Source: Spirochaetota bacterium
GTDB taxonomy: Bacteria; Spirochaetota; UBA12135; COTS27; CBDBHE01
Assembly: GCA_965205605.1 (NCBI GenBank)
Contig: CBDBHE010000007.1
Coordinates: 608,001 to 672,000 of the forward strand
Direction of reading: 5' to 3'
DNA length: 64,000 nucleotides
Made by a program: the position numbers and the translations under genes. This document shows, piece after piece, positions 52,911-62,696 of the stretch. The notes below the pieces were generated by a model, which saw nothing but the letters and a program-made list of their open reading frames with translations, was not told the DNA's origin and ran no database searches. Each line of letters begins with the position of its first letter. The stretch's first letter is position 1.

Positions 52911-52982
52911 TTTTTTTTTTCTTTCTTTTCTAATTTTTTAAAGGTTCTTTTTTCTTTTGGTCTTCTTAAATGAAATCAATGA

Positions 52983-55214
52983 TTATTGGTTTTCTAAATC
53001 ACGAAAGGTTTTAATCAAAAGTTTGGAAGTTAAAACTTCTGGTAAAATAATTTTTTTTTCTTTATTCCCATTTACTTTATTAGGGTAAAAGACATAAAGG
53101 GGGACCCCGAGGCGATGATAGGACTTGATGGCTTGAGTGATTTTTGGATCATACTTTGTCCAATCGGCTTCTAGCAAAGTAATGTTTTTTTCTGTAATAA
53201 TTTTAATGACTTTTTTTGAGTTTAAGGGCACTTTATTAAGCTGACATGTCAGGCACCAAGCTGCTGTAAAGTTAATAAAAACAGATTCTCCTTTATTTAA
53301 AGAAGCTTGTAGTTTTTCTTTTGAATAAGGAATCCATTTTAATGGACTATTTTGATTGCCTACAGTCGGTATGTTTTGAGAATCTGAAAATATTTTTTGG
53401 TACTTAGTTGTTATTTGAAAACTCATGTAGACACAAGAAGCAATTAACAAAAAGGTGACACTATTGACTAGATATCTTTTAATTTTAGAAAGATGCACCT
53501 TTCCCCAAGTGTCAAAAATCCATACAGATAAAGATAAAATAATTAAAATTCCAAGATGACTGATTAAAACTTGAGAAGGGGTTTGTTTAATGAGGACCCA
53601 AAAAAGCCAAACAACCGTCCCATAAATAAAAAAAGCCATTAATTGCTTGAGGGTTATCATCCAAGGACCTGCTTTAGGTAACCATTTAAGTGTTTTTGGG
53701 AACGCTAAGAACGTTATGTAAGGCAAAGCAACCCCTATGCCTAAGAAACTAAAAATTAAAAATGTTTTAAAAATATTTTGAGATAAAGTATACCCCATCG
53801 CAACTCCCATGAAAGGAGTTGTGCAAGGAGTACTAATTAAAACAGTGAGGCTTCCTTTTACAAAAGAAGAAAAATAATTGTAAGTATTTTTTTGTAAATT
53901 ACCGAGACGGGTTAATGATTGACCTATTTCAAAAACGCCTGATAAATTAAGCCCCATAAGAAAAAACAACATAATCATCAAACAAACAAAAATAGGAGAT
54001 TGTAATTGAAACCCCCAACCTACACTAAGACCTTGATGCCTTAAAATGATCACAAGTCCAGCAAAAATATATAAAGAACCTAAAACACCCAATAAGTAAG
54101 CCCCTCCATGATAGAGTCGTTTTGAAAAGCTATAATGAGTTTTTTCTATAAAACTTAATATTTTAATGGAAAGAATGGGGAACACACAAGGCATTAAATT
54201 AAGGAGTAAACCCCCTAAAAGAGCATATAAAGCAATTAATACAATAGAACGGGGGATGGTAGAAGAGGATGCGTTATGAGAAGAATGAGCGAGAGGGAGA
54301 TTAATTAATAAGGTTTGGGGCTCTCCATTATTTTTTTTAAAAGCAATGAGAGCTTTTATTTCTTTAAGAGAGGGTTGATATTTTTTGTCTAAAAAAGTTC
54401 TGATGATGTAATTTGTTGGAGATTTTTTGATGATTTTTTCTTTTTTTTGAAGATCAAAAACCCCTTCTTGATAAGGGAAGAAATGAGTTTGCTTCATGGT
54501 GTAATTTTTAAAAAAAGAAGGGTCCTTACTGATAAGATGGATGTCTAAATATTTTGGTTTTAAAATAACATTAATAGTTAAAGGGTCTTTTTTAGGATGA
54601 TAAAGCTTTGGTAATTGACTGATTTCTTTTTCGATGAGGGATTGGTAGGAAGAAATGGTTTCTTTTTTTGTGATGTTAAGGGTTAAATTTAAAACGGCTT
54701 TTCCTGGTAAACAGAGTTTTTCACAAACGAGCCAATTTAATTTGGCTTTAATTAAAATAGGTTGTTTTGGTTTTTTTTTGGGAGGGGTAATTTTAGTGAT
54801 TAAAAGTAGGGTATTTTCATAACCAAAAGTAATCGATGAAGATTCTTCTGTTTTCCATTCAATTCTTTGGGGTGCTTTCCAAATGAAGTTTGAATACGTA
54901 AATCCTTTGGGGAGGTCCCATTTGATTTGAGGAGCTAAACCTGTTTCACCTGGGTTTTTCCAGTAAAGATGCCACTTAGGCTTAATTTTAAAATGAAGCG
55001 CAACTAAAAAAGAATCTTGATCAGAATAAGTTTCAATTTCTGAAACTAGTGAAACGCTAAGTTGATTGTCTTTAAAAGAAGGGGATTGGCTGAAGAGGAC
55101 AGGAAAAAAACTTACAAGAGTCAGAAAAAATACAAACAGACTTAATGAAATTTTTTTTTTAAACAAATAGAGCCTTCTTTGATCTTTTTTACCTTTAATA
55201 AAAGTAAAAATCAT
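52983..55214 (-). CDS. dsbD: Protein-disulfide reductase DsbD family (N-terminal Ig-like, TM and thioredoxin domains)
   Basis: WHLYWKNPGETG, VCEKLCLPG, LMPCVFP, TPCTTPFMG, WCLTC. Confidence 0.9.
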   Translation of the reverse strand: MIFTFIKGKKDQRRLYLFKKKISLSLFVFFLTLVSFFPVLFSQSPSFKDNQLSVSLVSEIETYSDQDSFLVALHFKIKPKWHLYWKNPGETGLAPQIKWDLPKGFTYSNFIWKAPQRIEWKTEESSSITFGYENTLLLITKITPPKKKPKQPILIKAKLNWLVCEKLCLPGKAVLNLTLNITKKETISSYQSLIEKEISQLPKLYHPKKDPLTINVILKPKYLDIHLISKDPSFFKNYTMKQTHFFPYQEGVFDLQKKEKIIKKSPTNYIIRTFLDKKYQPSLKEIKALIAFKKNNGEPQTLLINLPLAHSSHNASSSTIPRSIVLIALYALLGGLLLNLMPCVFPILSIKILSFIEKTHYSFSKRLYHGGAYLLGVLGSLYIFAGLVIILRHQGLSVGWGFQLQSPIFVCLMIMLFFLMGLNLSGVFEIGQSLTRLGNLQKNTYNYFSSFVKGSLTVLISTPCTTPFMGVAMGYTLSQNIFKTFLIFSFLGIGVALPYITFLAFPKTLKWLPKAGPWMITLKQLMAFFIYGTVVWLFWVLIKQTPSQVLISHLGILIILSLSVWIFDTWGKVHLSKIKRYLVNSVTFLLIASCVYMSFQITTKYQKIFSDSQNIPTVGNQNSPLKWIPYSKEKLQASLNKGESVFINFTAAWCLTCQLNKVPLNSKKVIKIITEKNITLLEADWTKYDPKITQAIKSYHRLGVPLYVFYPNKVNGNKEKKIILPEVLTSKLLIKTFRDLENQ

Positions 55215-55339
55215 TAATTTTAGACTAATTATACTAAGTAAAGATAGAAAAAACCATCTTATTGTTTTACTTCTTTATAAGAGGTAAAAAAAAACTATTT
55301 TTTTAAAAATATCTAATTAAGTTAAAAACCTACTTGAGT

Positions 55340-55368
55340 AGTATATAAAATCGACTTTATATAGTCAA
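55340..55368 (-). promoter_or_regulatory. sigma70 promoter for dsbD
   Basis: Minus strand TTGACT (55368-55363), 17 bp, TATACT (55345-55340). Confidence 0.6.
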
Positions 55369-55381
55369 GAGAGTATTTTTA

Positions 55382-56908
55382 ATGTATATAAAACTTTTAT
55401 CCTATTCTTTAGCAGGACTTGAATCAATTCAAGTTGAAATTGAAATTAAAGTAAATCCGGGGATCCCTAAGTTTGAAGTGATTGGTTTGCCTGATATCTC
55501 CATTAAAGAATCGAAGGAGAGAATTTTTCATTCTATTAGACAATTTAATTATAAAGTGCCCCCAGGCAATATTACGGTTAATTTAGCTCCAGCAGAATTA
55601 AAAAAAAAAGGAACGAATTATGATTTACCCATTGCATTAGGCATTCTTTTATCTTCAAAGCAAATTGATTCTAAAAGAGATTTGAAAGAGCTTCTTATTG
55701 CAGGAGAACTTTCACTTGATGGCAGTGTTAGAAGAGTTAATGGTATTTTTAATACGGCGATTTCTCTAAAGGAAAAAAAATATACTTATTTAATTCCTAG
55801 TGAAAATATTTTGGAGCTTAAATCGCTTTCAAAAAATCAAAAAGCTCAAGGTATTTTGAATATAAAAGAAGCCATTGATTTTTTAGAAGGCAACTTAATT
55901 AAATCTGAAAAGAAGCCAATGACTTTAGAACCCAATTCACTTTTAGATAAGCGAGAAATAAAAAAAAAGAAAAAAAATCCTTTAGATTTTGGTAATATTT
56001 TAGGTCAGGATTTGGCTAAATTGGCGATACAGTTGTCGATTATAGGGAAACTTAATTTACTTTTTATAGGCCCTCCAGGGTGTGGAAAATCAATGCTGAT
56101 GCAAAGTATCAAGACGGTTTTAGGGGATATCAATGATCAAGAAGCCATTGAAGTCACTAAAATTCATCTTGCTCGTGGGGAAGTGTTTGAAGAGATTATT
56201 AAAACACAACCTTTTCGAGAAGTGCACAGCACGATATCAATGCATTCTCTTATTGGGGGGGGGAGTATTCCAAAACCAGGAGAGGTTAGTTTGGCTCATA
56301 AAGGATACTTGTTTTTAGATGAATTATCTGAGTTTCAGTCTCAAACCATTCAAAGTTTAAGGAAGCCGATGGAAGAAAAAAAAATCAAACTTGATCGAGT
56401 CAATCAATCAGTTGTGTATCCGTGTGATTTTACTCTTTTAGCGGCGACTAATCCTTGTCGGTGTGGTTATTTTTTTGAAGGAGGAGAAGGAGAACAGTTT
56501 TGCACATGTTCTAGAAGAATGATTCAACAATTTTATAGTCGAATTTCAAGTCCTTTTTTAGATCGCTTTGATATTATTTTGTATATCGATCGAATTAAAA
56601 AAAAAGATTTTGAAAATACAACGACATTAACATCAAAAGAAATGAAAATTAAAATTGATTTAGTAAAACAAAGTTATCAAAAAAGAAACTTTCCTTATTT
56701 ATTTATGCCCCTTAAAGAGGTTGTAAAGCGCTACCCTTTTTGTAAAGAAATTTTTATTAGAGCACTTGAAAAAAAAGTGATTTCTCTTAGGAAAATTAGT
56801 TCTGTTTTAAAAGTAGCTTCTGTGTTACAAGCCATGGAAAAAGAAGAGTTTAATTTAACTCTTCTTTTAAAAGCCATGGAGTTTGCTCGATATGAATGGC
56901 CAGATTGA
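55382..56908 (+). CDS. comM: YifB/ComM family Mg-chelatase-like AAA+ ATPase
   Basis: GLPD..IKESKER, NLAPAELKK.G..YDLPIA, GELSLDG, GPPGCGKSML, PGEVSLAHKGYLFLDE, NPCRCG...CTC, LDRFD. Confidence 0.9.
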   Translation: MYIKLLSYSLAGLESIQVEIEIKVNPGIPKFEVIGLPDISIKESKERIFHSIRQFNYKVPPGNITVNLAPAELKKKGTNYDLPIALGILLSSKQIDSKRDLKELLIAGELSLDGSVRRVNGIFNTAISLKEKKYTYLIPSENILELKSLSKNQKAQGILNIKEAIDFLEGNLIKSEKKPMTLEPNSLLDKREIKKKKKNPLDFGNILGQDLAKLAIQLSIIGKLNLLFIGPPGCGKSMLMQSIKTVLGDINDQEAIEVTKIHLARGEVFEEIIKTQPFREVHSTISMHSLIGGGSIPKPGEVSLAHKGYLFLDELSEFQSQTIQSLRKPMEEKKIKLDRVNQSVVYPCDFTLLAATNPCRCGYFFEGGEGEQFCTCSRRMIQQFYSRISSPFLDRFDIILYIDRIKKKDFENTTTLTSKEMKIKIDLVKQSYQKRNFPYLFMPLKEVVKRYPFCKEIFIRALEKKVISLRKISSVLKVASVLQAMEKEEFNLTLLLKAMEFARYEWPD

Positions 56909-56919
56909 GCTTGTTATAT

Positions 56920-57459
56920 TTATTTAACTTGCTTTTGAATAATCTTGTCAACGCTTTTATTAATTCTATTTTTTAAGTTTTTTGACTGAAAAATAAATGT
57001 AATTCGGGCATCATGATTTTTTGTATATCGTTCTTTTGTTGATATGGGAGAAGGAATCTTTCCACTGACCCCTGATTGGATAACGTCTTCAATTAATTTT
57101 CCATTTTTAGTGCCTGTTTTGGCTTCTAAAAAAGATCCGACGACTTTTTCTAAAAAATCTCTTTTGGCTTGTTCTTTAGCGGCTCGTTTAGAGATTTGTT
57201 CTAAAATGATACCTGGTTTCGCTTCTTTCCCTTCTGTGTTGGCGTTTTTAGATTCTTCGATGTAGTATTTTTTTCTATCCCACTGTCCACTGACAACAAG
57301 GACGTACATATCATTATTTTTCCATCCTTCAGTGCCTGTGGTGCTTCGTCCACCACGAAAGCTAGGATTATTTCCATATCTACTAGCACAAGAAATAAAA
57401 AATATCATTGTTAGCATGGAAAAACCAATGCTTTTAATTATTTTTTTTGTTATTTTCAT
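56920..57459 (-). CDS. Lipoprotein, LPP20/LipL21-like
   Basis: Lipobox FFISC; EGW, RAAKEQAKRDFLEKVVG...TG..NGK resembles the LipL21/LPP20 core; AGGAG SD. Confidence 0.65.
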   Translation of the reverse strand: MKITKKIIKSIGFSMLTMIFFISCASRYGNNPSFRGGRSTTGTEGWKNNDMYVLVVSGQWDRKKYYIEESKNANTEGKEAKPGIILEQISKRAAKEQAKRDFLEKVVGSFLEAKTGTKNGKLIEDVIQSGVSGKIPSPISTKERYTKNHDARITFIFQSKNLKNRINKSVDKIIQKQVK

Positions 57460-57501
57460 TTTTTTTCTCCTTTTTATTTTGAAAATTGTAGTCCCTTTTT
57501 A

Positions 57502-58701
57502 TTATTTCTTTACAAGGGATATTGATTTTGTGTTGTATTTTGTAAGTTTTAAAGTAGTCAAAACTTTGTTTTCGTTAATAAGCATTTTGACTAACTCACT
57601 GCTATTTCCAGAGTAACGCACTAAAAGAGTCAAAGTTTTTTTATTAAATCCTCTTTCAAAAATATTTTTAATCCCTTCAATATTTTTTAAAATATTATCT
57701 TTAATAGAGGTTGCTTCTCCATAAGAGATTTTTGAAATGATTAATTGGTATTCAAAGCCTTGATTAATCATATCATCCCAGCGTTTAATGATTGTTTTAA
57801 ATAAAGATTCAACGGCTTTTTTAGAAGTTTTTTTCAAAGCTCCTTTAGTAGCAGTTATGGGGTCAATGCTTGAGTATGCCCCTTGATGCGAAGCCGAAGC
57901 AATGAGGGAGGCATCACCGGCATAAATTGCATTGGCTTCGAGAGTAGATCGAATGGAAGTCCAATTATCAGGTAAAAAAGAAACATTTTGTTTGGCATAT
58001 TGGATTTGGATTTGGATTAAAATTTGAACGCCGTTTTTAGAAATAATCTGTGCTAAAGCTTCTAAATTAGATTTTTTTTTTTGAATGTTTAATATACTTT
58101 TATAAGTGGTTTCATCAATAAACTGAAATTGTTTTTCAGTTAAATAATTTTGAAAAATTTCTTTCACATGAGCTTCATAAGGACTATTTTTCAGTTGACT
58201 AGAAGCATCCTTAACAAGGACCATTAAATAGGGGCGAGTGACTCTTTGTTGTAAAATCCCCAAACTTAAAACATCGTCTTTGATGTCTTTAATCGTAACC
58301 CAAGCTTGAATGGTGACTATTTTTGTTTTTCCAGATTTTTTTGTATTTAATACTTTGTATTTTTGAATAAAACCAGTACTTTTAGAATAAATATGATCTT
58401 CTATTAAAGTAGCATTTTTAACGAGAGTTTGAGATTCGATCATAGTGCCTAGTGTTTCTTCGACAGCATTTCGCATGGCATGTTCGAGGGCTCTTTCATA
58501 GGCACTTTGCTCCCCTGACTTGGTGATTTGAGCCAGACCTGTTGATTCAACAATTTTAATTTCGTCTTTTTGTCTTTGATCGTTTTTGTTTAAAATAATT
58601 TCAGGCTTTTTAGCTTGTAGAAAAAAAGGAGTCAGAATAAGAAATGTCAATAAAAAAATTTGATTCAATCTATAAAAAAAATAAGTGAAAAAGACTGGCA
58701 T
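57502..58701 (-). CDS. Secreted protein with FlgT N-terminal-like domain
   Basis: Signal peptide; G.A......A.E.AL..A.RNAVE...G..IES.T.V.N..LIED.I...S.GFI..Y pattern of FlgT_N; P.LMV middle domain. Confidence 0.68.
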   Translation of the reverse strand: MPVFFTYFFYRLNQIFLLTFLILTPFFLQAKKPEIILNKNDQRQKDEIKIVESTGLAQITKSGEQSAYERALEHAMRNAVEETLGTMIESQTLVKNATLIEDHIYSKSTGFIQKYKVLNTKKSGKTKIVTIQAWVTIKDIKDDVLSLGILQQRVTRPYLMVLVKDASSQLKNSPYEAHVKEIFQNYLTEKQFQFIDETTYKSILNIQKKKSNLEALAQIISKNGVQILIQIQIQYAKQNVSFLPDNWTSIRSTLEANAIYAGDASLIASASHQGAYSSIDPITATKGALKKTSKKAVESLFKTIIKRWDDMINQGFEYQLIISKISYGEATSIKDNILKNIEGIKNIFERGFNKKTLTLLVRYSGNSSELVKMLINENKVLTTLKLTKYNTKSISLVKK

Positions 58702-58728
58702 TAGTAGTTTTTTAAAAAATATTATACA

Positions 58729-58757
58729 ATTATATTCTTTAAAAATTTTAAAGTCAA
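58729..58757 (-). promoter_or_regulatory. Near-consensus sigma70 promoter for the FlgT-like/LPP20-like pair
   Basis: Minus strand TTGACT (58757-58752), 17 bp, TATAAT (58734-58729). Confidence 0.7.
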
Positions 58758-58839
58758 TTTTGTATCATGATTTAATTTATCAATTTGAACCTAAAATTCA
58801 AACTTAAATAAAAGATCTATTTAAAAGTTAGAGTCGTCA

Positions 58840-59517
58840 ATGTATCTTCAAGAATGTATTAAAGCTCTAAAGATTCTTTTTAAAACAATTGTTTTATTTT
58901 TTTTACTTTTTTTTGTAAATCTTATTTTACAATTAATTTATCGCTACTTATTGCTTGATTCGTTTGATAGTCAGCTTTTCCTAAAGTCTTTTTATGTGGC
59001 TTTTTCATTAAAAAATGGCATTACTTTCTTTCATTTTTTTTACCCTTTATTACTTTTTTTCATTTTATATAACTTATATACAAATATGCCTTTTTATTCA
59101 AAGGATTTTTATTTATTGTTATTGGTCCGTTTATTTTTTCTTTTAAGTATGGTGGTAGGATTACTTTATTTGTTTTGGTTTTCCAATCATTTGAAACTGA
59201 TCAAAAGAAATTGGCATAAGCCTCAAGAGCATTTAGAATGGTCTTTATTAAATACTTCTTTTTTAAAGGATAGTAAAGTAAAAAAAAATTATTTTTTAAC
59301 TTTGAAGCTAAAAAAACCAAAAAAATTACCTTATATTAATGAAATCTTAAAGCTAAGATATAAAAATTGGAAATTTATTTTAATGGTTTTAGGTTATTTG
59401 TATGGAGTGGGTATTATTTTAAATTTTTTAAGAAGGATGGTACCTTTTTTTTTTTCTAATTTAAATGAACTTTTATTAGTTATTTTTTTTATTTTATGTA
59501 TTTTTGTTTATTATTAA
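58840..59517 (+). CDS. Hypothetical polytopic membrane protein
   Basis: About 5 Phe/Leu-rich hydrophobic segments; co-oriented with the downstream gene. Confidence 0.55.
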   Translation: MYLQECIKALKILFKTIVLFFLLFFVNLILQLIYRYLLLDSFDSQLFLKSFYVAFSLKNGITFFHFFYPLLLFFILYNLYTNMPFYSKDFYLLLLVRLFFLLSMVVGLLYLFWFSNHLKLIKRNWHKPQEHLEWSLLNTSFLKDSKVKKNYFLTLKLKKPKKLPYINEILKLRYKNWKFILMVLGYLYGVGIILNFLRRMVPFFFSNLNELLLVIFFILCIFVYY

Positions 59518-59548
59518 ATTAATTTTACCGAAAATTTAGAGAGACAAG

Positions 59549-61075
59549 ATGAGTGTTATTGAGTTTTTTAAAGATCTTTTTGCTACTTCTCCGGAGCAGA
59601 AGAAAAATCGAGCTTTAAAAAAAATTGTTAGAAAATTAGCATATCTTCATCCTCCTGTTATTAATGAAAAAACAGAGGATATCCATCCGAAATTTGTTTA
59701 TTTTCTTTTAAATACGATTAGACCTTTAATTGGGATCATTCCTACTTTTAAAGAAGAGCTTGAAGTTAAAAAAGGACAAGGCTTTATTAAATATATTCTT
59801 GAAAAGAAGATTGATAAAAAAGTGGTTTTGGAAATGAGTGTTTTTAATAGTGAAGAAAGTATTTTGAATTTATCTAAAGAAAGTGAAATGACAGAAGAAA
59901 AAATGATTATTAAATTAAATGAGGTGGTTAAAAACTATAATACTTATTTATCTCCTCAAGTGAAGCAAAATTTAAATATTTGTTATAGTGATGTTTGTAG
60001 ATTAATGGATTTAAGGGATTTTGATTTTTTAAATTTTTTTAGAGAATTTGACTCTTCTTATGAAGTTAATAAATCACCCAGTTTAATTCGATTTCGATCT
60101 AAAGAAGTTGAAATTTTTACTCAAGACTTTATGTTATTAGATAAAGTGTTTGGTTCCATTGGAATAGGTCGTTCTTTTTTAGAGAATGTGTTTGATTATT
60201 CTGAGTTTGTTGGTAGGGAAATTGAAAAAGGGAAATTAAATCAAGTGTTTAAAAACATTACTTTTTTAAATACGCATAAAATCTTTTTTAACCTTATTAA
60301 TTTTGGTAAAAAGAGCTTTGATTATCGTTCTGCTTTTAAGACGAATCTTGTTATTGACTTTAATCATTTGATACAATCTTTTTTACAAAAAGCCAGAGCT
60401 CAGATTTCGAATATTTATAAAAGGAAAAAGCAGCTTCATTCTAAAGAGCTTTCTGGTAAACTGTTTTCAGGGGTTAATCCACCTAGCCTTGCTTTTTATA
60501 ATCTAGAACAAAATAATTTTTTACAAGGGCAATCAATTGGGAAGGCTTTTTTAAAATATGTTTATGAAATCAACTTAGTCTATGGTTTTTTAGTTGCCAG
60601 GTATGCAGAAGAAATCAAACCTTTGATTGATATGATAGTGGTTAAAGGGGATTTTAACCAAGAAGAGATGCGAAAATCTTCTAATGATGCTTTTTTTCAG
60701 CTGAATGATTTAGTTACTTTGCTTGGGGCATTTGATCAAAAAATGTCTGATGAGGGAGAATTTGGTATTCGTCTTAAAAGATTAGCGACTACTTATAAAC
60801 CAGAAGATAGTCAATATCATAATATTTTAAAAGATTTTGTTGCAGAAATTGATGAAGAGGCTAAAGAAATCGTTAAAATCAGCCTTACTGCTTTTAAAGT
60901 GATTTTCTTTCTTTTAAAAAATATCACTGAAACCCATCAACAACAATCTAGGCAATGTCTTAGAAATATTTCTGATTTTGCAGGGGCTAAAACAAGCCTG
61001 ATTGTTAATAATAAAATGAAAACTGCCCTAAATTACTTAAAGCTTTTCTTTCATATTATTAAAAATAAACCGTAA
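59549..61075 (+). CDS. Conserved hypothetical helical protein, DUF5312-like (spirochete family)
   Basis: FKDLF...PE..K.R.LKKI...L N-terminus, FDF..FFREFD and L.VKGDF motifs recalled from DUF5312; about 500 aa. Confidence 0.6.
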   Translation: MSVIEFFKDLFATSPEQKKNRALKKIVRKLAYLHPPVINEKTEDIHPKFVYFLLNTIRPLIGIIPTFKEELEVKKGQGFIKYILEKKIDKKVVLEMSVFNSEESILNLSKESEMTEEKMIIKLNEVVKNYNTYLSPQVKQNLNICYSDVCRLMDLRDFDFLNFFREFDSSYEVNKSPSLIRFRSKEVEIFTQDFMLLDKVFGSIGIGRSFLENVFDYSEFVGREIEKGKLNQVFKNITFLNTHKIFFNLINFGKKSFDYRSAFKTNLVIDFNHLIQSFLQKARAQISNIYKRKKQLHSKELSGKLFSGVNPPSLAFYNLEQNNFLQGQSIGKAFLKYVYEINLVYGFLVARYAEEIKPLIDMIVVKGDFNQEEMRKSSNDAFFQLNDLVTLLGAFDQKMSDEGEFGIRLKRLATTYKPEDSQYHNILKDFVAEIDEEAKEIVKISLTAFKVIFFLLKNITETHQQQSRQCLRNISDFAGAKTSLIVNNKMKTALNYLKLFFHIIKNKP

Positions 61076-61084
61076 AGTAAAGCT

Positions 61085-62185
61085 TTAATTTAAAGCTTGA
61101 TAAGCTCTTATTTGCTTGATTAGCTCTTGTTTGAAAAAGGGATAAGTATATTGTTTTTTATGTTGGTAAGCTTTACCGATAGACTCAATAAAGACTATTT
61201 GGATTGTTTGAGCCGTATTTTTTTTATCTTTTAGCATTAAGTCATAAAGATCAATTATTTTTATGAAAGCAGGGTACTTAAGCGAAAATTCAAATTGTTT
61301 CAATATTAAACGTACTTTATTAAATGCGTGATTGGATAAGATACCAGCTTGTTTGGCTAAGAAAGCTTCTAGAAGCATCCCAATAGCAATACTATTTCCA
61401 TGAGAGAGCTTGTAATTAGATCCTTTTTCGATGCCATGACCTATGGTGTGACCGAAGTTTAAAATCTGTCGGTATCTCTCTTCTTTTTCATCAAATTTAA
61501 CCACTTTCTTTTTACAAAGAATACTTTTTATAATCATTTTGATGACTGTTTTCTGATCTCTTTTAAAAATCAAATCTTTTTTTTGAACTAATAGCTTGTA
61601 TAATGAGATGTCTAAAATTAAGGCATATTTAATCACTTCAGCAAGCCCTTGTTGGTATTCTTTTTGAGGAAGAGTTTTTAGTAAATCGATATCAAGTAGA
61701 ATTTTTTTTGGATGGTAAAAAGCTCCAATAAGATTTTTTCCTTGTAAAGTATTAATCCCGGTTTTCCCTCCAATACTAGAGTCAACGATTGAGATGATAC
61801 TAGTGGGAATTTGAATATAGTCAATGCCTCTATAAAGAGTTGCTGCCACAAACCCTACGATATCACCGACGACACCTCCACCAAAAGCAATGAGTAAGCT
61901 TTTTCTATTAAAATGATTTGTAATTAAAAAATCTTCTATTTGTTCTTTAATGGTACGATTTTTGGAGGGCTCACCTGCTTTAAAAGAAAAGAGAAAAACT
62001 TGATGATTTAAAAATGATTTTAAAACTGAAACATACTTTTTTTTTAAATTAGAATCTGTAATAATAGCTACTTTACCTTTAGAGCAGTAGGCTGGGATAA
62101 TACTAGCAAGTTTTTTTTTGAAAAAGTTTGATCCAATAAAAATGGGGTATTGTTTTGAAGTTGTTTTAATAATCAGTTTTTTCAA
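61085..62185 (-). CDS. aroB: 3-dehydroquinate synthase
   Basis: GEPSK, GGGVVGD, RGIDYIQIPTS, DSSIGGKTGIN, KNLIGAFYHP, LNFGHTIGHGIE. Confidence 0.96.
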   Translation of the reverse strand: MKKLIIKTTSKQYPIFIGSNFFKKKLASIIPAYCSKGKVAIITDSNLKKKYVSVLKSFLNHQVFLFSFKAGEPSKNRTIKEQIEDFLITNHFNRKSLLIAFGGGVVGDIVGFVAATLYRGIDYIQIPTSIISIVDSSIGGKTGINTLQGKNLIGAFYHPKKILLDIDLLKTLPQKEYQQGLAEVIKYALILDISLYKLLVQKKDLIFKRDQKTVIKMIIKSILCKKKVVKFDEKEERYRQILNFGHTIGHGIEKGSNYKLSHGNSIAIGMLLEAFLAKQAGILSNHAFNKVRLILKQFEFSLKYPAFIKIIDLYDLMLKDKKNTAQTIQIVFIESIGKAYQHKKQYTYPFFKQELIKQIRAYQALN

Positions 62186-62199
62186 AGAAAATCATCTTT

Positions 62200-62682
62200 T
62201 TAATTATTTTTTTCTAAAATGATATTCAAATCAATAATCCCCACATCTGTTTCAAATGGGATGACAATTATTTCTTGATGAGATTCTTCAAAAATTTCAA
62301 TGGCTTCTCCATGAAAAATAGTAGGAGAAGAAGTTTTAATTTCGATATCTTTTTGAATAAATTTACTAACAGCATTTCCACAAATAATATTGCCAAATTC
62401 TTTTAAAGCATAAATATATAAATCATTTGTTTCTGCTTGAGTATTTTTAGTGAATCTTTCTGTAAATCGTTGACTAGTTTCAAAAGACATACAAACAATC
62501 ACACGACCGATTAGCTCTTCAGTAAAAGCGATCAAAATAGCGATACCATTAATAGGATTAATTTTTTTTCGAATGACTAATTGCCCTTTTCGACTATAGA
62601 TACGCAGATGTTCTTTTAAAACTTCGTAGAATGATTTTGAAAAAATATTAATATCATCAAGGTTGGTTTTACTTGGATTCAT
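62200..62682 (-). CDS. cheX: CheX-family CheY-P phosphatase
   Basis: IN.F..S...VL, G.V...MS, catalytic E-x-x-N (EFGNIICGNA), SSPTIF.G. Confidence 0.8.
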   Translation of the reverse strand: MNPSKTNLDDINIFSKSFYEVLKEHLRIYSRKGQLVIRKKINPINGIAILIAFTEELIGRVIVCMSFETSQRFTERFTKNTQAETNDLYIYALKEFGNIICGNAVSKFIQKDIEIKTSSPTIFHGEAIEIFEESHQEIIVIPFETDVGIIDLNIILEKNN

Positions 62683-62696
62683 TTTTAAGTAATTTT

